Notes: generated by a model not told the origin, from the letters alone. Shown: positions 18,240 through 29,268, counted from the first letter of the stretch. The stretch: 64,000 nt of DNA from an uncultured Gemmatimonadales bacterium (GCA_963708135.1 OY970192.1:2144001-2208000); one strand, 5' to 3'. Translations and numbers: made by a program.

Positions 18240-20861
18240 CTACTCCTGCCTCAGCGCCGCGGCGGGCGGCGTGCGTGCCATGCGTAGCGCCGGATAGATC
18301 CCCGCGAGGAGGGCCGCCACGAGGGCGACGGCAACGGCCTGGAGAAGGAGCATGGGGGCAACGCGCATCTCGAGCGTCCAGCCGAAGGAGCGGCGGTTCA
18401 CGACGAAGATCATGACGGCGGCCATGAGCAGGCCGAAGGGGAGCGCGAGCAGGCCGGCGGCGAGCCCGATGAGGCCGGTCTCGGTGGAGACGAGGGCCCA
18501 GACCTGTGTCACGGTGAGCCCGGTCGCGCGCAGCACGCCGATCTCGCGGGCGCGCTCGAGCTGCAGGGCCATGAGCGCGCTGAGCACGCCCACGAACGCG
18601 ACGATGAGCGCGAGGAGCCGGAGCACGGAGGTGATGGCGAAGGTGCGGTCGAACACCCGCAGCGAGGCCGCGCGAAGTCCGCGGTTGGAGCGGATCAGCA
18701 CGGCCTGGCCGCCCGCCGCGCGGGCGCGCAGCCGGCGGACGAGTCCATCCACGTCAACGCCGGGAGCGGCGTAGAGCCCGAGGGAGGAGGTGCCGCGATC
18801 GTTCCAGAAGGCGTCGTAGGTCAGGCGGCTCATGAACACCACGCCCTGGTCCGAGGAGTAATCGTAGAAGACGCCGGCCACGGGAAAGTCATGAGGGCCG
18901 CGGTCGGTCCACAACCGGACCGAGCCGCCCGGAGCGAGGTGGCGGCGGTACGCGAACGGCTCGGTGACCAAGACGCCACCGTTCTGACGGAACGCCCGCC
19001 ACGCGGCCGCGGGATCGCCGCTCTTCATGCGGAACGCGCCACCTGCCGACGCCGGGAGCCGGAGGGCGACGACCCGCGTCGGGCCCGCCGGCGCGGGCAC
19101 GGTCACGCTCCGGTTCGAGCTCCAGCGGGCGACACCGGGCGCGGCGATGAGCGTGCGCATCAGGCCGGGGTCGATTGTGCCCTCGCTGCGCGTCGCGCCC
19201 AGGCCGGGCGCGGAGACGTAGATGTCGGCGCGGAGCGTGCCATCCAGCCAGCGGACGACGCTCCCGCGGAAGCTCTGGACCATGGTGCCCACCGCCACGC
19301 CGACCGACACCGCGATGGCCAGTGCGGCCACGGCGGGCGCCGTGCGGCTGAGGGTTGCGGCGACGCCGCCGGCCGCCATGCGGCCGATCATGCCAGCCGT
19401 ACGGCCGAGCACCGGGCGGGCGAGGCGGGCCAGCAGGAGGGTGGCGAGCGGCGTGAGCAAGGCGACGCCGAGGATCAGGACGAAGAGCCCGGCGAAGCTG
19501 CCGAGCACGCTGCGACCGGAGAGGGCGAGCAGCAGGAAGCCGAGGCCGAGCAGGCCCGTGCCGGCGAGTGCCGCCCGGGGTGCGGCGCGGCGCGCGCGAG
19601 CCTCGAGATGGGCGCGACTGAGCACGGCGCGGGGCGGCGCCGTCGTGGCCTCGTGGGCGGGCGGCAGCGCGGCCAGAATGGTGGCGCCGATGCCGAGCGC
19701 GAGGGCCTCGAGCACGGCGAGCGGCGTGAGCGTGACACCGCGGACGGAGACGACGAAGTAGAGATCGTTCAGGGTGCGGGTGATCAGGCGCACCAGGCCC
19801 TGGCCGAGGAGGACGCCGAGGGCGAGGCCGATGGCGGTGCCGACGAGGCCGATCACGAGGGCCTCCCCGAGCAGCAGAGCGAACACCTCCCGGCGCGTGA
19901 CGCCGAGCGCGCGCAAGGTCCCGATGAGCGGACGCCGCTGCACGACGGAGAAGGTCATGGTGTTGTAGATCAGGAACATCCCGAAGATCAGAGCGAGCAG
20001 GCTGAGCGCGGTGAGGTTGAGGTCGAAGGCCCTGGTCATCTGCAGCATGGCGCCGGCACGCGCGGCGGCGGGCTCCACCACCAGCCCGGCCGGCAGGGCG
20101 CGCCGGATGCGGGCGAGCGCGGCGGTGCCCGCGCGGCCGGGGGGCAGGACGAGGTCGATGCGAGTGAGGCGGCCGCTCGACCCGAGCAGCTCCTGAGCGC
20201 TGGAAACGTCGGTGAGCACCACGTCGGCGAGCGCACGCCGGCTCACCTCGTCCGCCGGCCGGAGCGTGCCGGCGAGGATCACGGGGTGGGACTCCCCTGC
20301 CACGCCGAGCGTCAGGGTGTCCCCGACGGCGACCCCCAGCTCCCGGGCCGTCTCCCGGGCCAGCAGGATCGCCCCCGGCACGACGAGGAGCGCCGTGAAG
20401 GGGACATCGCCGCCGCCCGGGGGCCCGAGATACGGACGGAACGGTCGCTCGGCGAACGGATCGACGCCGAGGAGGTGGAACACGCGGGCCCCGGGAGCGG
20501 CTTCGACGGTGCTGCTCCCGCCGCCGGAGGAGGCACGCCCGGCCGCGGGGGCGGTGCGACCGCGCGCGGCGAGGCCAACGTACGCCTCGACGACGGGAGC
20601 GGCATCCACCAGGCCGAGCCCCACACGCAGCTCGCGGTAGACGGAATCGGGGATCCCGCCGGGGCCCGCCACGATGTGGTGCGTCGCGCGGCCGGCCACC
20701 GCCTCGGTGGAAAGGGTGAAGGCGCGCCGCGCGCTACCAATGGCGAGGTCGATCGCCAGCACGACGGCCACGCCGAGCGCGATGCCGAGCACGGAGAGCC
20801 CCGCCTGCCACGGGTGCCGCAGCAGGTGGCGCAGGCTGGCACGGCGGAGCACGGGCGTCAC
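18240..20861 (-). CDS. FtsX/MacB-like ABC permease (duplicated)
   Basis: GIALGVAVV, two RRxxIGxLRAxG-type motifs, two periplasmic domains. Confidence 0.9.
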   Translation of the reverse strand: MTPVLRRASLRHLLRHPWQAGLSVLGIALGVAVVLAIDLAIGSARRAFTLSTEAVAGRATHHIVAGPGGIPDSVYRELRVGLGLVDAAPVVEAYVGLAARGRTAPAAGRASSGGGSSTVEAAPGARVFHLLGVDPFAERPFRPYLGPPGGGDVPFTALLVVPGAILLARETARELGVAVGDTLTLGVAGESHPVILAGTLRPADEVSRRALADVVLTDVSSAQELLGSSGRLTRIDLVLPPGRAGTAALARIRRALPAGLVVEPAAARAGAMLQMTRAFDLNLTALSLLALIFGMFLIYNTMTFSVVQRRPLIGTLRALGVTRREVFALLLGEALVIGLVGTAIGLALGVLLGQGLVRLITRTLNDLYFVVSVRGVTLTPLAVLEALALGIGATILAALPPAHEATTAPPRAVLSRAHLEARARRAAPRAALAGTGLLGLGFLLLALSGRSVLGSFAGLFVLILGVALLTPLATLLLARLARPVLGRTAGMIGRMAAGGVAATLSRTAPAVAALAIAVSVGVAVGTMVQSFRGSVVRWLDGTLRADIYVSAPGLGATRSEGTIDPGLMRTLIAAPGVARWSSNRSVTVPAPAGPTRVVALRLPASAGGAFRMKSGDPAAAWRAFRQNGGVLVTEPFAYRRHLAPGGSVRLWTDRGPHDFPVAGVFYDYSSDQGVVFMSRLTYDAFWNDRGTSSLGLYAAPGVDVDGLVRRLRARAAGGQAVLIRSNRGLRAASLRVFDRTFAITSVLRLLALIVAFVGVLSALMALQLERAREIGVLRATGLTVTQVWALVSTETGLIGLAAGLLALPFGLLMAAVMIFVVNRRSFGWTLEMRVAPMLLLQAVAVALVAALLAGIYPALRMARTPPAAALRQE

Positions 20862-21616
20862 GCCGGCGGCCGCTCCGAGAGGGCGCCCGCCCGGATCTCG
20901 AGGACGCGGTCGGCGAGCGCGACCACCCGGGGGCTGTGGGTGACCACGAGCATGGTCTTCCCCGCCCCGCGTGTCATGCGGTCGAGCAGCCCCAGCACGC
21001 GGGCGCCGGTCTCCTCATCGAGATTGCCCGTGGGCTCGTCCGCCAGAACGAGGGCCGGGTCGTGCGCGAGCGCGCGGGCGATCGCCACGCGCTGCTGCTC
21101 GCCGCCGGAGAGCCGGTCCGGATAGGAGGCGGCCCTTTCCGGCAGCCCCACGGCCTCGAGAAGCTCGCGCGCCCGCCCACGGGCGCTCTCCCCTTCCCGG
21201 CCGTTCAGCTCGAGCGGCAGGAGGAGGTTCTCCTCCACGGTGAGGGTGGGCACCAGGTTGAAGAACTGGAACACGAAGCCAATGGCGCGGCGGCGGAAGA
21301 GGGTCCGCTCGCGCTCACGCAGTGTGGCGAGGTCCACCCCGTCGATCCGCACGCTGCCGGCGCTCGGGGTGTCGATGCCCCCGATCAGGTTGAGCAGCGT
21401 CGACTTCCCGGAGCCGCTGGGGCCGAGGAGCACGACGAGCTCGCCCCGACGAATGCAGGCGCTGGCCGAGCGCAGGACGACGTGCTCCGAATCGCCTTCG
21501 TGATAGCTCCTGGCCAGGCCCCGGAGCTCGACGAGGATGTCGTCCTCTCCGGCGCCCGTGCGCGCCCCGCTGTCAATCTCGCCTGCCTCGGGACGAGGCG
21601 GCACTCCGTCCGGCAT
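20858..21616 (-). CDS. ABC ATP-binding protein (LolD/MacB-like)
   Basis: [27 protein letters not shown]. Confidence 0.95.
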   Translation of the reverse strand: MPDGVPPRPEAGEIDSGARTGAGEDDILVELRGLARSYHEGDSEHVVLRSASACIRRGELVVLLGPSGSGKSTLLNLIGGIDTPSAGSVRIDGVDLATLRERERTLFRRRAIGFVFQFFNLVPTLTVEENLLLPLELNGREGESARGRARELLEAVGLPERAASYPDRLSGGEQQRVAIARALAHDPALVLADEPTGNLDEETGARVLGLLDRMTRGAGKTMLVVTHSPRVVALADRVLEIRAGALSERPPA

Positions 21617-21676
21617 TCAGCCCCTCACTTGTCGATCGTATCCGAAGTAGCGATGGCCGTTCGCCGGCGCATGCAG

Positions 21677-21717
21677 AAAGCCCCCAGGGGCTGACACGCA
21701 GCTCCCTGGGGGCTTTC
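21677..21717. terminator. Intrinsic terminator hairpin downstream of the putative 6S RNA
   Basis: AAAGCCCCCAGGGGCTG...CAGCTCCCTGGGGGCTTT inverted repeat. Confidence 0.75.
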
Positions 21718-21742
21718 GTTCCGCTGGCGAGACCGGTCCGAT

Positions 21743-21965
21743 CCGTTCGGTCGTCACCGCGTGCGGTGACTCGGTTCCAATCCCTTGCCCCGATACGCGC
21801 GGTCTGCGATCGAGGGTGCCCCGAGCTCTTTTCGAGGGCGTCAGCTGCGGCCAGCGACCCCGCAGCCGGCTCGAGAGGGCCGGACCCTTTCTCGAGCTGA
21901 CCGGCCGACGGCGTCCCGTCGTGTCGGTCCGACGCTCAGGGTTGCGACCGCTTCCCCGAACGCAC
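21743..21965 (-). ncRNA. ssrS: Probable 6S RNA (long variant) or related structured ncRNA
   Basis: Long-range closing pairs CGTTCGG/CCGAACG, CGGT/ACCG, CCCT/AGGG and GGGACGCC/GGCACCC; 5' GTTCGGGGAAGCGGTCGCAACCCTGAGC resembles 6S 5' segments; own promoter and terminator; no credible ORF. Confidence 0.6.
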
Positions 21966-21971
21966 TTTTTG

Positions 21972-22000
21972 ATGCTAGCGGAGGGCGCCCGGGGCGGCAA
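21972..22000 (-). promoter_or_regulatory. Sigma70-type promoter of the ncRNA
   Basis: TTGCCG-N17-TAGCAT on the minus strand, ~6 nt before the RNA. Confidence 0.65.
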
Positions 22001-22125
22001 GGCCTTCGGGCGTCCTTCGGCGGCTGCCGCGCCGCTTGCCGCGACGGCGCGCGGGTCGGCATCTTGGCGCGCACCGGCCGGTCCATGGAGCTCGCGGCCG
22101 TGCGCGCAACAGACAGGAGTCCGCG

Positions 22126-22974
22126 ATGTCGATCGGTCACATCTCCGACACCGCCCGCTGGGTCGCCGTCTATCGTGCAATGGAGAGCGAGCGGCCGGAC
22201 GCGCTGTTTCGCGACCCGTACGCCCGCCGCCTGGCGGGCGAGGAGGGCGAGGCGATCGTACGGGCGATGCCGCAGGGAACATCGACGGCGTGGGCGATGA
22301 TCGTCCGCACGGTGGTCATGGACGAGCTGCTCCTGTCGCTGCTGGAGGGCGGGACGGATGTCGTGGTCAACCTCGCGGCGGGGCTGGACGCCCGGCCATA
22401 CCGGCTGCCCCTCCGCTCGGGGCTTCGCTGGGTGGACGTGGACCTGGCCGAGCTGCTTGCCTACAAGGGCGCGGCGCTCGCGGACGCGACGCCCGCGTGT
22501 CGGTACGAGACGATCGCGGCGGACCTCTCGGACGTGGAACAACGGCGCGCGGCGCTCGCGCAGGCGGCGGCCGGCGTCTCGAAAGGGGTCGTTCTGACGG
22601 AAGGGCTGCTCCTCTATCTGACGGAGGCGCAGGTCGGGGGGCTGGCGGGCGACCTGCGGGCGGAGTCCGCGCTCGAGCACTGGATCATCGACCTCGCCTC
22701 GCCCAGGCTCCTGCGGATGATGCACCGGATGGGGTGGGCCAGAGGCGTGGAAGAGAGCGGGGCGCGCATGCAGTTCGCCCCGGAAGCTGGGGTGGACTTC
22801 TTCCGCCCGTTCGGGTGGCGAGTCGGGGAGCGGCGGTCGGCGCTGCTCGAATCGAGGCGGCTCGACCGCCGGATGCGGCAGGATCGGTGGGTGCGGGCGT
22901 TCGAGATCCTGATGCCGTGGACACGCGAACAGGGGCGGGAGATGTCGCAGATCGTTCGGCTGGACCGGGCGTAG
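22126..22974 (+). CDS. SAM-dependent methyltransferase (LCM/TIGR00027-like)
   Basis: ISDTARWVAVYRAMES...DPYA, VNLAAGLDARPYRL, EGLLLYL; AGGAG RBS. Confidence 0.88.
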   Translation: MSIGHISDTARWVAVYRAMESERPDALFRDPYARRLAGEEGEAIVRAMPQGTSTAWAMIVRTVVMDELLLSLLEGGTDVVVNLAAGLDARPYRLPLRSGLRWVDVDLAELLAYKGAALADATPACRYETIAADLSDVEQRRAALAQAAAGVSKGVVLTEGLLLYLTEAQVGGLAGDLRAESALEHWIIDLASPRLLRMMHRMGWARGVEESGARMQFAPEAGVDFFRPFGWRVGERRSALLESRRLDRRMRQDRWVRAFEILMPWTREQGREMSQIVRLDRA

Positions 22975-23018
22975 GAACGGGGAGGGGCGATCCGAATGGA
23001 ACGGGGGAGAGACTCGCG

Positions 23019-23957
23019 ATGAAGCCGTCGGACAACCCGCTGACGAAGATCGGGATCCTGAACGAGACACTGTTCCGGATCAGCGGGACGGAGGTCACGG
23101 CGGTGACGCTGATCACGGTCGTCCTGATCGTGGTCGTGACCTACCTGATCTCGCGGCTACTGCAGCGGGCGATCGTGCGGGCGTTCCAGTTCCGTGGCGT
23201 GACGGACGTGGGGACCACGGGGATCGCGAAGCGGGTGGTCCACTACGTGGTCATGGTGATCGGGCTCGGCGTGGGGCTGCAGACGCTCGGGCTCAACCTG
23301 AACACGCTGTTCGCGGCGGGCGCGCTGTTCGCGGTGGCGATCGGCTTCGCCATGCAGAACATCGCGCAGAACTTCGTGTCGGGGATGATCCTGCTGGTGG
23401 AGCGCACGATCAAGCCGGGCGACGTGCTGGATGTGGAGGGGCGGGTGGTGCGGGTCGAGCGGATGGGGCTGCGCTCCACGATCGCGCGCAGCCGGGACGA
23501 GGAGGACCTGATCGTCCCGAACGCAACGCTGGTGCAATCGACGGTGACGAACTACACGCTGCGGGACTCTCAGTACCGGGTGCGTGCGAACGTCGGGGTC
23601 GCGTACGAGTCGGACATGCGGCTGGTACGCACGACGCTCGAGAAAGCGGCGCGGTCGGTGGCGTCGCGGAACGCGGTGAAGGACCCGCGCGTGCTGCTGA
23701 CGGAGTTCGGTAACTCGACGGTCAACTTCGACATCTCGATCTGGATCGACGACCCGTGGAACGCGCCGGGCGCGCAGTCGGCGCTGAACGAGGCGGTCTG
23801 GTTCGGGCTGCAGGACGCGGGCATCACGATCGCGTTCCCGCAGATGGACGTCCATTTCGACCGGCCGGTCTCGAGGTCGTTCGCGGCGCTGGGTCCGGGT
23901 GTGGCGGGCCGGCTACCTCCCGGGTCCGGCGAGGAGCCCACGCCCGCGGGAGGCTGA
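23019..23957 (+). CDS. Small-conductance mechanosensitive channel (MscS family)
   Basis: IGFAMQNIAQNFVSGMILLVERTIKPGD, IVPN, VGVAYESD, IAFPQMDVH. Confidence 0.92.
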   Translation: MKPSDNPLTKIGILNETLFRISGTEVTAVTLITVVLIVVVTYLISRLLQRAIVRAFQFRGVTDVGTTGIAKRVVHYVVMVIGLGVGLQTLGLNLNTLFAAGALFAVAIGFAMQNIAQNFVSGMILLVERTIKPGDVLDVEGRVVRVERMGLRSTIARSRDEEDLIVPNATLVQSTVTNYTLRDSQYRVRANVGVAYESDMRLVRTTLEKAARSVASRNAVKDPRVLLTEFGNSTVNFDISIWIDDPWNAPGAQSALNEAVWFGLQDAGITIAFPQMDVHFDRPVSRSFAALGPGVAGRLPPGSGEEPTPAGG

Positions 23958-24061
23958 GCGGGGCTGTCACCGGCGAGGCCCCCGCGGCGTTTCATCGACA
24001 GGCGGGCGCGAGCGTGGGCCTGCGCGCCGCCGGACCCGCTCCGCAAACGAGGAGGCATGCC

Positions 24062-24517
24062 GTGTCCCGGCTCTCCGTGCTTCCCATCGTCGCGATCCTC
24101 GCCGCCGTGCCCGGCTGCGACCTGAGCCTGACATCCGCGCTGCCGTGCGGAGCCGGGGACGGGCTCCGCCCGCCGCTGGTGGTGAGCTCGGGCGCGAGCT
24201 TCAAGCTGGGGCTGGGGGAGACGGCGGTGGTGCGGGAGACGTGCCTCACGGTCCGGTTCGACGCCGTCCCGGAGGACTCGCGTTGCCCGCTCGACGTGGA
24301 GTGTCCCTCGGCCGGCAACGCGCGCGTCGCGCTCACGCTGCTGCCGGCGGGCGGAGAGCCGAGCGGACTCGAGCTCAACACGCTGCTGGAGCCCCGAGCG
24401 GGCACGGCGGCGGGCCACGCCGTGGCCCTCCTGGATCTGACGCCGATGCCGGAGGCGGGCCGCCCGATTCCACCGGACGAGGTGCGGGCGAAACTACGCG
24501 TGGACGCGCCGCAATGA
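24062..24517 (+). CDS. Hypothetical lipoprotein with EDSRCP-x3-C motif
   Basis: GAGGAGG RBS, GTG start, lipobox VPGC, VPEDSRCPLDVEC. Confidence 0.65.
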   Translation: MSRLSVLPIVAILAAVPGCDLSLTSALPCGAGDGLRPPLVVSSGASFKLGLGETAVVRETCLTVRFDAVPEDSRCPLDVECPSAGNARVALTLLPAGGEPSGLELNTLLEPRAGTAAGHAVALLDLTPMPEAGRPIPPDEVRAKLRVDAPQ

Positions 24518-24522
24518 CCATC

Positions 24523-26757
24523 CTAACGCTCGCGCTCCTCGCCGAACATCGTCTTCATCTGCTGGAAGAAGCCGGCGCGAAGCGCCGCCGACTCGTCCGG
24601 CGGCAGCGCGATCTCGGCGGCGCGGACGTTCAGCAGCTCGGGCGGGATCTCCCCCAGGTAGCGTGAGGGCAGGACGACCTCGCGGCCCTTGCGCGCGCGG
24701 CAGAGCGAGAGGGCGAGGCGCTGCCGGGCGCGGGTGATACCGACATAGAGCAGGCGCCGCTCCTCCGAGAGGGGATCGGCGTCCACGCCGTCTGCGGCGG
24801 CATCGAGCGAGCGAGCGTGCGGCAGGATTCCCTCCTCCAGTCCCACGATGAAGACGTCGCTGAACTCGAGGCCCTTGGCGGAGTGGAGCGTCATGAGGGC
24901 GACGGTGGCGTCGCCATCTTCCGCCTCCTCCGCATCGTCGTCGAGGCCGGCGAGTGCCAGACGGCTGAGAGCGCCGGAGAGCGTGGGCGGGGTCCATGCC
25001 CCGGCCGACGCCGCCTCCGCCGCAGCGGCGAGCGCCTCGCCCCCGACCCCCTCGATCCCGACGCCGGCGGTGGTGGCCAGCTCGGCGGCCTCGGCCCAGG
25101 TCTTCCGCTCGTAGCGAGCGATGGAGCCGACGAGATCACGCAGGTTGTCGAGCCTGACGGGCGCGGAGCGGGCGTTGCGGGGGTCGGCGCGGATCGCGTC
25201 CTCGAGGCCGAGGCGGGAGAACAGCCCCTCGGCCCAGTGGGCGAGGGGCGGCAGGCCGCTCGTGAACGGGGTCCGCGCGGCCTGCGTCTCGGCGGCGTGG
25301 AGGCCGTGGCGGGCGTGGTCGAGGATCTGGAGGAACGCGGCAATGGCGCGCGCCTGGGCCGTGCCGACCAGCGCCTCGTCCGTGTGCCAAAGGGTGCGGG
25401 CGAACGCGGCGCGGTCCGTGGCCGCGCGCTCCGCCACCTTGAGGACGGTCGTGCGGCCGATGCCGCGCTGGGGGTAGTTGATGATGCGCCGCAGGGCGAT
25501 CTCGTCGCTGGGGTTCGCCGCCACGCGCAGGTAGGCGAGGGCGTCGGCGACCTCTTTTCGATCGAAGAAGGAGGTGCCGCCGAGGACGCGGTAGGGCACG
25601 TTCTTCTCCCGCAGCGCCTCCTCGAGGGGGCGGGCCTGGGTGTTGGTGCGGTAGAGGACCGCGATCTCGCCCCAGCGCAGCTTCCTGGTGAAGCGGCGGA
25701 GGGTGATCTCGGTGGCGATCGCCTCGGCCTCCGCCGCCTCGTCCTCGTGCTCGAAGTAGTCGATCAGCGCGCCGACCCCGTTGTCCGTGCGCAGGCGTTT
25801 GGCGTGCCGGTGCGGATTCCCCGCGATCACGGCGTTGGCAGCCTCGAGGATGCGGCGGGTGGAGCGGTAGTTCTGCTCGAGTGTGACCACTGCCGCGCCG
25901 GGGAAATGGCGCTCGAACTCGAGGATGTTGGAGACGTCGGCGCCGCGGAAGGCGTAGATGGACTGGTCGTCGTCGCCGACCACGCAGAGGTTGCGGCGGG
26001 AGCCGGCGAGGAGGCGGGCGAGCTCCAGCTGGACGCCGTTGGTGTCCTGGTACTCGTCGACGAGGAAGTAGTGCCAGCGCTTCCAGAGGGCGCGGCGGAT
26101 GTCCTCGTCCTCGGAGAGCAGCCGAAGGGGAAGGAGCAGCAGGTCGTCGAAGTCGACCGCACCGGATGCGCGCAGGACCTCGTCGTAGCGGGCGTAGGCG
26201 CCGGCGGCCAGGACGGCGTAGTCATCGGAGCGGTCGCCGCGGGCGGGGCCGGCCGCCACCTCGGCGGTGGCCGCGGCGGGGACGAGGCCGCGGGACTTCC
26301 AATCTGAGATCTGGCGCAGCACCCTCTTCAGATCGAAGGAGTCGTCGTCGATCGAGACCTCGGCGGTGGCGCTTCGCAATGCGGCGAGCTGGTCGGCGGT
26401 CGAGTAGATGGCGAAGCGGCGGGGGAGCCCGAGACGCTCGCCGTGCTCACGGAGGATGCGGGCACCGAGGGCGTGGAAGGTGCTGACGACGACGGAGCGC
26501 GCCTGGTCGGGGGCGAAGGCGCGCACCCGCTCGCGCATCTCCTCGGCAGCGCGGTTGGTGAAGGTCACGGCCACGATGCGCGACGGGGGCACGTCGTGCC
26601 CGCGGATCAGGTGCACGATCCGGTGCACCAACGTCCTGGTCTTTCCCGACCCGGCCCCGGCGAGCACCAGCAGGGGACCCTCGGTATGGAGGACCGCCCG
26701 GCGCTGCTCTGGATTGAGACCGCGGAGATGGGACTGCCGGCTCCGCGCTTCGCTCAT
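24523..26757 (-). CDS. UvrD/Rep/PcrA-family SF1A DNA helicase
   Basis: LAGAGSGKT, VDEYQDTN, VGDDDQSIYAFRGA, LEQNYRST, TLHSAKGLEF, EERRLLYVGITRA. Confidence 0.95.
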   Translation of the reverse strand: MSEARSRQSHLRGLNPEQRRAVLHTEGPLLVLAGAGSGKTRTLVHRIVHLIRGHDVPPSRIVAVTFTNRAAEEMRERVRAFAPDQARSVVVSTFHALGARILREHGERLGLPRRFAIYSTADQLAALRSATAEVSIDDDSFDLKRVLRQISDWKSRGLVPAAATAEVAAGPARGDRSDDYAVLAAGAYARYDEVLRASGAVDFDDLLLLPLRLLSEDEDIRRALWKRWHYFLVDEYQDTNGVQLELARLLAGSRRNLCVVGDDDQSIYAFRGADVSNILEFERHFPGAAVVTLEQNYRSTRRILEAANAVIAGNPHRHAKRLRTDNGVGALIDYFEHEDEAAEAEAIATEITLRRFTRKLRWGEIAVLYRTNTQARPLEEALREKNVPYRVLGGTSFFDRKEVADALAYLRVAANPSDEIALRRIINYPQRGIGRTTVLKVAERAATDRAAFARTLWHTDEALVGTAQARAIAAFLQILDHARHGLHAAETQAARTPFTSGLPPLAHWAEGLFSRLGLEDAIRADPRNARSAPVRLDNLRDLVGSIARYERKTWAEAAELATTAGVGIEGVGGEALAAAAEAASAGAWTPPTLSGALSRLALAGLDDDAEEAEDGDATVALMTLHSAKGLEFSDVFIVGLEEGILPHARSLDAAADGVDADPLSEERRLLYVGITRARQRLALSLCRARKGREVVLPSRYLGEIPPELLNVRAAEIALPPDESAALRAGFFQQMKTMFGEERER

Positions 26758-27929
26758 GCGGTGGCGGGCGGGCGGGGGCGGGCGTCGCGGAGCACGTCGA
26801 GAAGGGCGGCGACATCGCGCTCGTCGTTGTAGACGTGCGGCGAGATGCGGAGCGCGCTGCCGCGGCGGGAAACGAAGACGCGGCGCTCCTGGAGGCGGAC
26901 GTGGACGGCGTCCATGTCGAGCGAGCCGGGCGCGCGCAGGCCGAAGAGGTGGGTGGCGCGCCAGGCGGCGTCCTCGACCACGAAGCCGAGAGCACGCGCC
27001 TCATGGACGAGCTCAGCGGTCAGCCCGGCGCAGTACTCCTGGATGGACGCGGCGCCCCAATCGAGGTTCTGCGTCAGGGCGGCGTTCAGCATCGGCATGA
27101 GGATGAAGTTGCTGCGCTCGCCGACATCGTAGCGGAGCGCGCCGGGCTGATACTCCTCGCGCTCCGTGACGAGCCCGGCGAAATCCTCGCTGCCGAGGCG
27201 TGCGATCCAGTTCTCCTCGAGGGGCTCCCCGTCATCGAATCGCTCACCGAAGTAGGCCAGGCCGACAGAGTAGGGGCCGAGCAGCCACTTGTACGCGGCG
27301 GCGACGAGGGCGTCCGGGCGCACCTTCCGCACATCGATCGGCAGCGCCCCGACCGATTGGGTCCCGTCCACGACGAACAGCGCGCCCACCTCGCGGGCCC
27401 GGGTCCCGATTCGCTCCAGGTCGAAGAGCGTGCCGTCGGTCCAGTGCACGTGCGGCAGGGCGACGACCGCGGTGGCCGCATCGATGGCCTCGAGCACCCG
27501 CGCGTTCCACTCCGCCCCGCGAGCGCGCGCCCGCTCCGGCGGAGCTACGCTCCGGAGCTGGAGGCCCTTGCGGTGGGCCAGCTTCCGCCACGCCAGCGCA
27601 TTGCTCGGGAACTGCTCGTGGAGCAGGACGAGGTTCTGCCCGGCGCTCACGGGCGCGTTCCGTACGGCGACCGCTATGCCGTAGGAGGCCGCGGGGATGA
27701 TGGCGATACGCTTCGGGTCCGGGGAGCCGACGAGCGCGGCGAACAGGCGGCGGCCCTCGTCGCTTTCGCGGAAGAAGTCATCGGGCGTGATGCTGCTCGG
27801 CACCGCCTTGCGGCGGATCCCGCGCAGCCCCGCTTCCTGCGTGGCGGTCGAGAGGGGGCCGATATAGGCGGAGTTCAGATAGTGCAGGTCTTCGGGAAGC
27901 GAGAAGAGCGCCCGCTTGCAGCTCAGCAT
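26754..27929 (-). CDS. Class V PLP-dependent aminotransferase/lyase
   Basis: YLNSAYIGP, VDGTQSVGA, AAYKWLLGP, RISPHVYN. Confidence 0.88.
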   Translation of the reverse strand: MLSCKRALFSLPEDLHYLNSAYIGPLSTATQEAGLRGIRRKAVPSSITPDDFFRESDEGRRLFAALVGSPDPKRIAIIPAASYGIAVAVRNAPVSAGQNLVLLHEQFPSNALAWRKLAHRKGLQLRSVAPPERARARGAEWNARVLEAIDAATAVVALPHVHWTDGTLFDLERIGTRAREVGALFVVDGTQSVGALPIDVRKVRPDALVAAAYKWLLGPYSVGLAYFGERFDDGEPLEENWIARLGSEDFAGLVTEREEYQPGALRYDVGERSNFILMPMLNAALTQNLDWGAASIQEYCAGLTAELVHEARALGFVVEDAAWRATHLFGLRAPGSLDMDAVHVRLQERRVFVSRRGSALRISPHVYNDERDVAALLDVLRDARPRPPATA

Positions 27930-27981
27930 GATCGTGCGGTCCGGCCGGGGACGGGTGACGGGGCGGTGTAGGTGACGCGGG

Positions 27982-28010
27982 AATGTAGTCGCGAGAGGGT
28001 AAGGGATCAA
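27982..28010 (-). promoter_or_regulatory. Sigma70-type promoter for the aminotransferase-helicase pair
   Basis: TTGATC-N17-TACATT. Confidence 0.5.
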
Positions 28011-28318
28011 CTTCGGGGGGCACGGCGATCGGGATGCGGGGGTTCCTCGCTGTTCCGAGTGGGTGAGGATTGGAGCGGGGTGCGGGTGCGGGTGCGGGGC
28101 TCGCGCGCGGCCGTTTTGGACGGGGCACGAAACGCCGCAGACGCACACGCACGACGCACAACGCACACGCACACGGAGGTCTTGCGCCGCCGCCGGCTGG
28201 CGCAAGCCACGTGAGACAGGAGGAGCCGATTCGCGAGACGGGGTGGCGGGGCCGGGGCGTGGCCGGAGGGAATGGGACGTGCATGGGGCGGGGTGGGGCA
28301 GAAACGGGAGAGGGGAAC

Positions 28319-28675
28319 ATGGCGGAAGCGATGGAAGCGTCGGAGGGATGGCGGACGGAGCGGCGATGGCCGACATCGAAGCAGGAGGCCCGGCGCGAGA
28401 TCCAGGCGACGCGGAACCGGATCTCGCGGGACCTGGACGCGCTGGAGCGGCGGCTCAACTCGGCGACGGGCGGGCTGGGCACGCACTGGGTGCGGCGGCT
28501 GCGCAGCGAGGTGCGGGACGATCCGGTGGCCTCGCTTACGCTGGCGTTCGGCGCGGGAATCGCGGCCGGCGCGCTGGTGAGCGCGGCAAGGGACCGGCGC
28601 TCGTGGCCGGCGGAGGCCCTGCGGCAGCTGCGGCGGCACCTTCCGCGGGCGCTGAGGGAGGCGGTCGGGGGGTAG
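28319..28675 (+). CDS. Small DUF3618/ElaB-like membrane-anchored protein
   Basis: ARREIQATRNRISRDLDAL coiled coil, then VRDDPVASLTLAFGAG TM; GAGGGG RBS. Confidence 0.6.
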   Translation: MAEAMEASEGWRTERRWPTSKQEARREIQATRNRISRDLDALERRLNSATGGLGTHWVRRLRSEVRDDPVASLTLAFGAGIAAGALVSAARDRRSWPAEALRQLRRHLPRALREAVGG

Positions 28676-28719
28676 TTCGTGCCGGCGCCAGCCTGGCGGG
28701 GCCGATGGGCCGGGGGCCT

Positions 28720-29268
28720 TCACCTGTAGACCTGCACGTCTCCCTGGAGAAGCGTGGAGGGGCCGAAGCTGTAGGTTCCGAGCACGCCCGCGCTGACGCC
28801 GATCGTGCCATCCAGCCGATACCCGAGTGCATTGGCGGTGAGCGCCTTGCGGGCGACGTCCGCCAGACCGGGGAGGTCGGAGAAGTTGACGGTGAGATCC
28901 ATCGGGATGACGGTGTCGGCGCTGGCGCGGAGCGGCAGCCCGAGCGGCAGCTCGACGCCGGCAGCGCGGGTGCCCTCGAGGAAGAGGGTGCCGGCAACGG
29001 TGCTGAGGTCGAGCCCGAAGGGATTCGGATTCTGGACGCGCGCCCAGAGGCGGATGGCGGCGCCGCCGATCGGACGGCCGGCGGAGGGACCGATGAGCCG
29101 GAGCTCCGGCTGACGCCCTTGCGCCTGCGTGATGCGCGGCGGCTCGAGGGCGTTCCTGAGGGAGGCGCAGGCGCCGAGCAGCAGGGCGCCCGCCAGGGCC
29201 AGGACGGTGGCCCGGCCGGGGGGGAGTAGAGGGACACTCGGGCGTCCGGGGCGCACGCCACGGGCCAT
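28720..29268 (-). CDS. LEA type 2 (WHy domain) lipoprotein
   Basis: Lipobox LGAC; VQNPNPF; YRLDGT. Confidence 0.78.
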   Translation of the reverse strand: MARGVRPGRPSVPLLPPGRATVLALAGALLLGACASLRNALEPPRITQAQGRQPELRLIGPSAGRPIGGAAIRLWARVQNPNPFGLDLSTVAGTLFLEGTRAAGVELPLGLPLRASADTVIPMDLTVNFSDLPGLADVARKALTANALGYRLDGTIGVSAGVLGTYSFGPSTLLQGDVQVYR

